From assembly GCA_038127595.1 (NCBI GenBank), contig JAYPIC010000040.1, positions 1 to 13,575 of the forward strand: DNA of 13,575 nt. Reading direction: 5' to 3'. How positions within the stretch are numbered: the stretch's first letter is position 1; the number at the start of each line of letters is the position of its first letter. Below, piece by piece: positions 1 to 6,588 of this stretch. The position numbers and the translations under genes are program-made. Below the pieces are notes generated by a model. The model worked only from the letters and a program-made list of their open reading frames with translations, did no database searches and was not told the origin of the DNA. Source of the DNA: a bacterium. GTDB lineage: Bacteria > Fidelibacterota > Marinisomatia > Marinisomatales > UBA1611.

Positions 1-2
1 GT

Positions 3-371
3 TTAGTTAGATTAATAATATATTTATTTTTTTCAATCATTTTTACCTCTTGTGATGATGAGGAAAATATTTTGGTCCAAGATGCGATAAAACTTCTTGA
101 TCAAGAAGATGTTTTATTTTTGGATGTAAGAACATCACAAGAGTTTAAATATGAAGGTAGCATAAAAAACGCACTATTGATTCCTGTCAATGATCTAGAA
201 AAAAAAATTACTATGCTTGAGGCGTATAAAAGTAAAAACATTATTGTCTATTGTAGAAGTGGAAGAAGATCTAAAATAGCAACCAAATTATTAAAAAAGA
301 AAAACTTCAATGTCACTAATCTAGAAGGTGGATTCATAGCTTGGAGAAAATATTTTTCAACGAAGCTGTAA
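3..371 (+). CDS. Rhodanese-like domain protein (PspE/GlpE-type sulfurtransferase), probable lipoprotein; 5'-partial
   Basis: Rhodanese motifs FLDVRT..EF..GSI.NAL.IP, active-site loop VYCRSGRRS and C-terminal NLEGGFIAW are present. The frame is open from base 3 (LVRLIIYLFFSIIFTSCDDEENILVQD...), so the TTG at 72 is probably not the true start. A hydrophobic stretch ends in FTS-C (Cys codon 51-53). Confidence 0.9.
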   Translation, partial: LVRLIIYLFFSIIFTSCDDEENILVQDAIKLLDQEDVLFLDVRTSQEFKYEGSIKNALLIPVNDLEKKITMLEAYKSKNIIVYCRSGRRSKIATKLLKKKNFNVTNLEGGFIAWRKYFSTKL

Positions 372-412
372 AAGAAAAATACTTTCTTACAAGTTAGTTT
401 GTGAGAATTTTC

Positions 413-1291
413 ATGCTTAATAAAATATCAATGTTTTTATCTAAAGGCGCATTTTTTATGATTTTGAGCGCTGGTAGTTTTTGCATGATGACGGTCTTTG
501 TAAAATTAGCAGGTGACTCACTTCCTACCATTCAGATTGTTTTTGTTAGAGGTCTTTTTACATTGTTAATAACTGGATTTTTTTTATTTAAAGCAAAGAT
601 AAATCCACTAGGCAAGAATAAACTGTTATTAACAGCTAGGGGATTATCAGGGACAATAGCACTATTTTTAGTTTATGAATCAATACAAAGGTTTCCACTT
701 TCAGAAGCAACGGTAATTCAATATTTGTATCCATTATTTACAGCAATGATCGCTGCTGCATTAATTTCAGAAACTGTTGATAGAAATATTTTAATAGGAC
801 TTGTTGCTGGCTTTTTTGGGGTCTATGCAATCTTAGGATTTCCTTTTTTATCAGATAGCTACATAGATATTGAAAGTTTGGCAATTGCAATTTTCGGAAG
901 TTTTTTAACAGGGTTGGCATATGTGTTAGTTAGAAAAGCAACCAGTCTGGATGAACACCCGCTTGTAGTAATGTTTTATTTCCCACTTTTCACCGTTCCA
1001 ATATGTTTACCGTTTTTATTTTCGGTTTGGCAGCATCCCTCCTTATTGGAATGGTGTTATCTGTTCTTTGTTGGTCTGTTTACTCAGTTTGGCCAGTTGT
1101 TTTTAACATATGGCTATAAAGAACTTCCTGCAACGAAAGCAGCGCCGATCAGTTATATTCAAGTTTTTTTTGCAACAATAATTGGCATTGTAATTTTTGA
1201 TGAACAATTAACCTTTAATTTCTTAATTGGCTCGATCATGGTTCTTTTTTCAATAATTTTGGTTATGTCAAGTAGTACTAAAAAAGATTGA
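413..1291 (+). CDS. EamA/DMT (drug/metabolite transporter) family inner-membrane protein
   Basis: About 10 hydrophobic segments arranged in two homologous halves. Typical EamA motifs include IQIVFVRG, PLSEATVIQYLYPLF...LISE and PATKAAPISYIQVFFATIIGIVIFDE. The start is either GTG 401 or ATG 413. Confidence 0.9.
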   Translation: MLNKISMFLSKGAFFMILSAGSFCMMTVFVKLAGDSLPTIQIVFVRGLFTLLITGFFLFKAKINPLGKNKLLLTARGLSGTIALFLVYESIQRFPLSEATVIQYLYPLFTAMIAAALISETVDRNILIGLVAGFFGVYAILGFPFLSDSYIDIESLAIAIFGSFLTGLAYVLVRKATSLDEHPLVVMFYFPLFTVPICLPFLFSVWQHPSLLEWCYLFFVGLFTQFGQLFLTYGYKELPATKAAPISYIQVFFATIIGIVIFDEQLTFNFLIGSIMVLFSIILVMSSSTKKD

Positions 1292-1385
1292 AGCAATGAA
1301 ATATCCAACAATGAAAAATGTGGCTAAGGAAAAAATATATTTGTATAGTTAAATATAAATTAATGCTAACAAATGGAGTAGTTGT

Positions 1386-1577
1386 ATGGGAGAACGTAAA
1401 ATAGTTGATCATCTAGATATTTTTGAAGGTGAAAATAATGTAATGATCACTACTACAGTCAGTTGTGGTCTAGAACTTGTAGATGCTGTTGATGATTATA
1501 TAAAACAAGGTTTTACAGTTGCATCAAGCAGTAGTGGTGGTACAAACATCCAAGTTTATCTAGTAAAACAAAATTAA
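1386..1577 (+). CDS. Small hypothetical protein (63 aa), DUF4177/DUF1737-like pattern
   Basis: ATG with GGAG Shine-Dalgarno at 1375-1378, filling the gap between neighbours. The C-terminal half (VDAVDDYIKQGFTVASS...IQVYLVK) reads as helix-G-aromatic-strand-strand. Confidence 0.7.
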   Translation: MGERKIVDHLDIFEGENNVMITTTVSCGLELVDAVDDYIKQGFTVASSSSGGTNIQVYLVKQN

Positions 1578-1592
1578 AATTTTTCTATATAA

Positions 1593-3329
1593 ATGAAAGT
1601 TCTAAGAACTTACTATATTTTTCTTTTTTCAACTGTTATTATCAGTCAAGAAAAGGAGACTATTAAATATGAAGATCTATATGAGCGAAATGGTCTGATT
1701 TATGCCTCGGATCAGGATAGTAGTTTTAATGGGACTGTTGATGAAAATTGGCCTGCTGGTATAAATAAACTGAGCTACACTTATAAAAATGGGAAACCAG
1801 ATTCCAAGTGGAGTGATTGGTTTAATAATGGTCAACCCAAAGAAGAGGTTGAATACAGTGATGGAATTAAAAACGGTTTGCATAAACAATGGTATAAAAA
1901 CGGCCAGCAGAAGTTTGAAAGAACCTACAAAAATGGTATTCATGACGGCAAATGGACTGAGTGGTATGAGAATGGACAATCTATGGTTGAGGGCAATTTT
2001 CTGGATGGTAAGCCTGATGGAACATGGATATATTGGTATCCTAATGGTCAAAAAAGAGAGGAAGGTAACCCAGTCAGTAGCGATACTAGTAGCTTAGCTT
2101 TTTTGAATGATGGTATTTGGAATTATTGGCATCCCAATGGACAACTTAAAGAAACGGGTAATTATATAAGCGGAGAAAAAGATGGTCAATGGTTCGAATG
2201 GCATGATAATGGACAAATAAAACTAAAAGAAACCTATAAAATGAACAAAAGAAATGGGAAATGGCTTTCATGGTTTTATAATGGACAAATTGAGATAGAG
2301 GGTGACTATATAAATGATAAAAAGTCAGGCAAGTGGGTTACATGGTACCCTTGGGGGTGGAGATCGTATGAAATTACTAGTAATAGTAATGAGTCTTCAT
2401 TCATTCTATGGTTTGACGACCAACAAAGGTCAAGCGAAGGATTTTATCGGAATGATGTTAGAGATCAAACTTGGGTATGGTGGAGTAGGGAAGGTATACT
2501 TGATAGTTCTGGAGTTTTTAATCGAGGCATTAGAAGCGGTAAATGGACATTTAGAGATCCAGAAGCCAACAAACAACTCGAGGGCAGGTATCGAGATGGA
2601 ATGCTTTCTGACCTTATTACAGTTGCAATAGATGAAGCTTTTAATGAAGAATATGAACAATTTGACATTATGGATAAAGAATGGACAGAATGGTTTTCAA
2701 ATGGAGAAAAAAGGGTTGAGGTAACATATAAATCAGGAGGTGATTCTAAAGTTGGTAAGGGTAGTGGAACTTGGAATTTATGGTTTGAAAATGGTAACGA
2801 AAAATTATCACAGTCATATGTAGATGGAAGAGCTGATGGTACTTGGAAAGAATGGTTTGAAAATGGTACAGAAAAAAAAGAATACAACTGGTCAAGTGGT
2901 AAGTTGGATGGTAAATATGTAGAGTGGTATGAGTCTGGTCAAGAAAAAATTGAAGGGGAATATACCAACGGCCTTAAGGAGGGAGCTTGGACTGAATATT
3001 ATGCCACAGGAGAAAAAAAGTCTGTAGAGTCTTATGAGGGCGGAATACCTAGTGGTGAGTGGGCATTATTTTATGCGAATAGTAACTCAAAACAAGAAGC
3101 TAATTGGGACCAAGGTGTTTTAACTGGTTCTTGGACAGAGTGGTATGTTGACGGGCAAAAAAGAATTGAAGGAGATATTGAGGACGGATTAGCAATAGGT
3201 GTGTGGACGGAGTGGTATGCTGATGGTACTAAAAGCTTTGAAGGTACTCGCAAGAGATCTGTAAAAAAAGAAAAATGGACTATTTGGAATGAAAAAATTC
3301 AAAGATCGATTAGCACCCTTAAAAAGTAA
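1593..3329 (+). CDS. Secreted MORN-variant (MORN_2 / YwqK-like) repeat protein
   Basis: N-terminal signal-peptide-like MKVLRTYYIFLFSTVIIS-QE, followed by about 20 repeats of ~24 aa with the form W(Y/F)xNGQxxxEGxYxxGxxxGxWxx. Confidence 0.88.
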   Translation: MKVLRTYYIFLFSTVIISQEKETIKYEDLYERNGLIYASDQDSSFNGTVDENWPAGINKLSYTYKNGKPDSKWSDWFNNGQPKEEVEYSDGIKNGLHKQWYKNGQQKFERTYKNGIHDGKWTEWYENGQSMVEGNFLDGKPDGTWIYWYPNGQKREEGNPVSSDTSSLAFLNDGIWNYWHPNGQLKETGNYISGEKDGQWFEWHDNGQIKLKETYKMNKRNGKWLSWFYNGQIEIEGDYINDKKSGKWVTWYPWGWRSYEITSNSNESSFILWFDDQQRSSEGFYRNDVRDQTWVWWSREGILDSSGVFNRGIRSGKWTFRDPEANKQLEGRYRDGMLSDLITVAIDEAFNEEYEQFDIMDKEWTEWFSNGEKRVEVTYKSGGDSKVGKGSGTWNLWFENGNEKLSQSYVDGRADGTWKEWFENGTEKKEYNWSSGKLDGKYVEWYESGQEKIEGEYTNGLKEGAWTEYYATGEKKSVESYEGGIPSGEWALFYANSNSKQEANWDQGVLTGSWTEWYVDGQKRIEGDIEDGLAIGVWTEWYADGTKSFEGTRKRSVKKEKWTIWNEKIQRSISTLKK

Positions 3330-3418
3330 AAGCTTTTAATTCATCTAAAATTTCACTAACTATTATGGTATTCAAGGGATTCAAGATATAAATTCTCCGG
3401 CTCAGAAAAGGAAAAAAA

Positions 3419-4705
3419 TTGAAGATAAAAGTAAAAAATATAAACGCTTACACAAAAGAAGTAAGTCTTGACATACCATGGGTAACCTTAGAGCCCGACT
3501 TTAACAAAGCAGTTAAGTCATTTAGTAAAAAAGTTAAGCTTCCTGGTTTTAGGCCTGGTAAAATACCAAAAGATAGATTGATGCAACAATTTCAACCAAA
3601 CATTGAAGCTCAGTTTATGGACGACAACATTCATAAATATTATTTAACTGCTTTGCAGGAAGAGAAAATTGTTCCTGTGAACCAGGCAGAGATAAGCAAT
3701 GTTAGCTTCAAGATGGGTGAGAATTTCTCCTTTGCCGCAAAGTTTGAAGTTGAGCCCGATTTCAATTTGCCAAAATTCAAAAATAATATGTTTAAAGTTC
3801 AGAAAAATAAATTCATTCCTGATGACCAAGACAAAGAGGATGCTATCAATCAGCTCAGAAGATCTCATGCTCGAATTGAAACAGTTGAGGATGGTGCAAA
3901 AGAAAAAGATTTTATTCTTTGTGATCTGCAAAAATTAGATGAATCTGGCGTTGCAATCATTGGTAAAAAATTTGAGAAACAAATGCTAAAAGTTGGCGAT
4001 GGTTCCTTCACTGATGACCAGAAAACTAAACTGATAGGTTTAAAGCCTGGAGATACCTCAAAGCTTGACCTACCTGATGGTGAAGATAAATCAATAAAAA
4101 ATCCTTACGACCTTACTGTGGTAAAAGTTGAGAGAGAGGTGCTGCCAGAAGTAAATGATGATTTTATAAAGTTGATAAATCCTGAATTGAATTCTGTTGA
4201 TGATCTACATGCAGATGTGCTTAAAAAAATAAATGAGAATTTTGAAGAGAGGTCCAGACAAAGTTTTGAGCGAGATATTTCTGATGCTTTAATAGAAAAT
4301 ATCGGTTTAGAGACTCCCCCAAGTATGGTGGATAATTATTTAAATAATATTCTCGAAGATGTAAAAAAACAAAATAATGGCGAAAAAGTTGATGATGAAA
4401 AAGTACTCGAAACATATCGGCCTTCCGCTGAAAGAAATCTAAAATGGTATTTGATACGAAAAAAAATCATTGACCAGGAGCAGATAAGTTTTAACAGGTC
4501 TGATATTGATAAAGAGATAGAAAATCTAGTTTCTCGCTCTCCAAATTCTGAGCAGGAAATAAGAAGGTTTTACAAAAAACCAAGTAATAGGCAGAGAATT
4601 GAGGATGATCTTACAGAGAAAAAAATATTAGAATTTCTAACGCAGTTTGCCAAGATAAAAGAAGTAGAGGTAAATACAAAAGACCTCCGGGGAGAAAATA
4701 AATGA
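3419..4705 (+). CDS. tig: Trigger factor
   Basis: Ribosome-binding signature PGFRPGKIP, 428 aa, TTG start preceded by AAGGA, and canonical position directly upstream of clpP. Confidence 0.95.
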   Translation: MKIKVKNINAYTKEVSLDIPWVTLEPDFNKAVKSFSKKVKLPGFRPGKIPKDRLMQQFQPNIEAQFMDDNIHKYYLTALQEEKIVPVNQAEISNVSFKMGENFSFAAKFEVEPDFNLPKFKNNMFKVQKNKFIPDDQDKEDAINQLRRSHARIETVEDGAKEKDFILCDLQKLDESGVAIIGKKFEKQMLKVGDGSFTDDQKTKLIGLKPGDTSKLDLPDGEDKSIKNPYDLTVVKVEREVLPEVNDDFIKLINPELNSVDDLHADVLKKINENFEERSRQSFERDISDALIENIGLETPPSMVDNYLNNILEDVKKQNNGEKVDDEKVLETYRPSAERNLKWYLIRKKIIDQEQISFNRSDIDKEIENLVSRSPNSEQEIRRFYKKPSNRQRIEDDLTEKKILEFLTQFAKIKEVEVNTKDLRGENK

Positions 4706-5310
4706 GCATAGATAAAAATATTACTAACCAGTTAGTCCCTATGGTCGTAGAGCAAACTGGGCGTTCTGAAAGAGCATTCGATATCTACTCTAGGCTTTTA
4801 AAAGAAAGAATTATCTTCCTCGGTACGCCTATAGATGACATGATATCTTCTCTCGTAATTGCCCAACTTTTATTTTTAGAATCCGAGGATTCTGATAAAG
4901 ACATTTATCTTTACATAAACTCTCCTGGAGGTATTATTACTTCTGGTTTTGGGATATATGATACAATGCAATACATCAAACCAGATGTCGCTACTATATG
5001 TATGGGGCAAGCTGCTAGTATGGGAGCTTTTCTTCTGGCAGGAGGTGCTAAAGGTAAAAGGTCTGCGTTACCAAATAGTAGAATCATGATTCACCAGCCT
5101 ATGGGTGGCGCTCAAGGTCAAGCTGACGATATTAGGATTCAAGCAGATGAAATCCTTAGAATGAAGACGCAATTAAATAAGATACTTTCTAAAAATACTG
5201 GACAATCTCTAAAAAAAATCGAAACTGATACAGATAGAGATAATTTTATGTCTGCAGCTGAGGCAAAAACTTATGGGCTAATAGATTCGGTATTGTCATC
5301 TAGGAAGTAA
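4702..5310 (+). CDS. clpP: ATP-dependent Clp protease proteolytic subunit
   Basis: Motifs [30 protein letters not shown] and YINSPGG. Catalytic Ser (AASMG), His (MIHQP) and Asp (DRD) are present. ATGA overlap with the tig stop codon. Confidence 0.98.
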   Translation: MSIDKNITNQLVPMVVEQTGRSERAFDIYSRLLKERIIFLGTPIDDMISSLVIAQLLFLESEDSDKDIYLYINSPGGIITSGFGIYDTMQYIKPDVATICMGQAASMGAFLLAGGAKGKRSALPNSRIMIHQPMGGAQGQADDIRIQADEILRMKTQLNKILSKNTGQSLKKIETDTDRDNFMSAAEAKTYGLIDSVLSSRK

Positions 5311-6471
5311 ATGTCAAATCAACCATCAAAAAATAGCAACCTAGAAATCAATCTATCTGGAAAAGATGACTCCAAAGAGGGTTTTAAGGTAACGTTACAA
5401 AAGCCTTCAAAAATAAAAAACTATTTGGATTCTTATGTGGTAGGTCAAGAAAATGCTAAAAAATCTATCGCGGTTGCCGTCTACAATCATTACAAGCGTA
5501 TAATTAATAAATCTTATGTATCAGATGTAGAATTAGATAAGAGTAATATATTATTAATTGGTCCTACAGGGACTGGTAAAACTCTAATTGCTCAAACTTT
5601 AGCTAGGTTTTTATCTGTGCCATTTGCTATAGCTGACGCAACGACTTTTACCGAAGCAGGATACGTAGGGGAGGATGTTGAAAATATTCTAGTTAGGTTG
5701 CTTCAGGTCGCCAATTACAATGTTGGTGCTGCCGAAAGAGGAATTGTATATATTGACGAAATAGATAAAGTTGGCAGGAAGTCTGCGAGTGCATCGATAA
5801 CTAGAGATGTTAGCGGCGAAGGAGTCCAGCAGGCATTGCTAAAAATTCTTGAGGGCACTATAAGTAACGTTCCCCCAAAAGGAGGTAGAAAGCACCCAGA
5901 GCAAAGCTTGGTTTCTATTGATACATCGAATATTTTATTTATTTGCGGAGGTTCATTTTCTGGATTAGAAGATATAATTTCAAAAAGAACTAATGTTGGA
6001 GACTTAGGTTTTAATTCAAACTCTGGCAATAATAGTTCAGGTAAGTTTGACACTAATCATGTTTTTAAAAATGTAGTTCATGAAGATCTTGTTGAATTTG
6101 GACTTATTCCTGAGCTAATTGGAAGGCTGCCTGTTGTTTCTACAATGAGCAGTTTATCTGATAGCGAAATGTTAAAGATTTTAACTGACCCTAAAAATGC
6201 CCTACTTGAGCAGTATAAAAAATTATTTCACATGGAAAATGTAATTCTAGATTTTGAACAAAAAGCGCTGCGTCGAATTGTTGAGATTGCTCAGAGCCGA
6301 AATTCTGGTGCTAGAGCACTTAGGTCTGTACTTGAAGATATTTTAATGGACTTGATGTATGATGTTCCTGATATGGATAAGCCTAATAAAATTATGATAA
6401 CTGAAAAATTTATTTTAGGCGAATCAAAGCCATTAATATCATTAGATCCAATTAAAAAGAAGTCAGCTTAA
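5311..6471 (+). CDS. clpX: ATP-dependent Clp protease ATP-binding subunit ClpX, lacking the N-terminal zinc-binding domain
   Basis: AVYNHYKR, Walker A GPTGTGKT, pore-1 GYVG, Walker B YIDEID, pore-2 [12 protein letters not shown] loop, LGF ClpP-docking loop and sensor II GARALR are all present. It starts immediately after the clpP TAA. Confidence 0.97.
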   Translation: MSNQPSKNSNLEINLSGKDDSKEGFKVTLQKPSKIKNYLDSYVVGQENAKKSIAVAVYNHYKRIINKSYVSDVELDKSNILLIGPTGTGKTLIAQTLARFLSVPFAIADATTFTEAGYVGEDVENILVRLLQVANYNVGAAERGIVYIDEIDKVGRKSASASITRDVSGEGVQQALLKILEGTISNVPPKGGRKHPEQSLVSIDTSNILFICGGSFSGLEDIISKRTNVGDLGFNSNSGNNSSGKFDTNHVFKNVVHEDLVEFGLIPELIGRLPVVSTMSSLSDSEMLKILTDPKNALLEQYKKLFHMENVILDFEQKALRRIVEIAQSRNSGARALRSVLEDILMDLMYDVPDMDKPNKIMITEKFILGESKPLISLDPIKKKSA

Positions 6472-6500
6472 TATTTATGCATATTATAGCTGATTTATTT
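6463..6500 (+). terminator. Putative intrinsic terminator of tig-clpP-clpX, overlapping the clpX stop codon
   Basis: TCAGCT-TAATAT (6463-6474) pairs with ATATTA-t-AGCTGA (6481-6493), giving a 12-bp stem with one bulge and a 6-nt loop. It is followed by TTTATTT (6494-6500). The stem is AT-rich, so strength is uncertain. Confidence 0.45.
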
Positions 6501-6562
6501 AACCTTTATTAAATATATTCCATACAATTTATCAGAATGATGAGGCAGCTTATCTTTTGATA

Positions 6563-6588
6563 TGTTAAATTTATTAACACATGTTAAT
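6563..6588. promoter_or_regulatory. Overlapping inverted repeats at the start of the outer-membrane cluster (candidate operator)
   Basis: TGTTAA-N5-TTAACA (6563-6579) and ATTAACA-N2-TGTTAAT (6573-6588, spanning ATG 6581). Confidence 0.25.

Noticed and set aside
1294..1352. CAATGAAA direct repeat (1294-1301, 1309-1316) and an 18-codon ORF (1296-1352)
   Set aside because: The repeat is short and AT-rich and the ORF has no RBS. It cannot be distinguished from chance.
1740..3300. Periodic ~72-bp DNA similarity suggesting a CRISPR array or DGR-type repeat
   Set aside because: The periodicity is degenerate and explained by protein-level MORN repeats. There are no identical repeats, cas genes or reverse transcriptase in the window.
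1386..3329. Toxin-antitoxin pair (small ORF plus YwqK-like protein)
   Set aside because: There are no toxin motifs in the 63-aa ORF, and the repeat protein has a signal peptide whereas the small protein does not.
3310..3336. Possible CIRCE (HrcA operator) upstream of tig-clpP-clpX: TTAGCACCC at 3310-3318
   Set aside because: Only the left half-site resembles TTAGCACTC. After a 9-nt spacer the sequence is AAAAGCTTT, not GAGTGCTAA, and the half-site lies inside the MORN gene.
3330..3418. tRNA gene or defined sigma70 promoter upstream of tig
   Set aside because: There is no cloverleaf or T-loop. Several TATAAT-like hexamers are present, but none has a convincing, correctly spaced -35.
6472..6580. 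Riboswitch (cobalamin/TPP) or sRNA upstream of the TonB cluster
   Set aside because: The region is only 109 bp, very AT-rich, and lacks recognisable B12-box or TPP conserved motifs.
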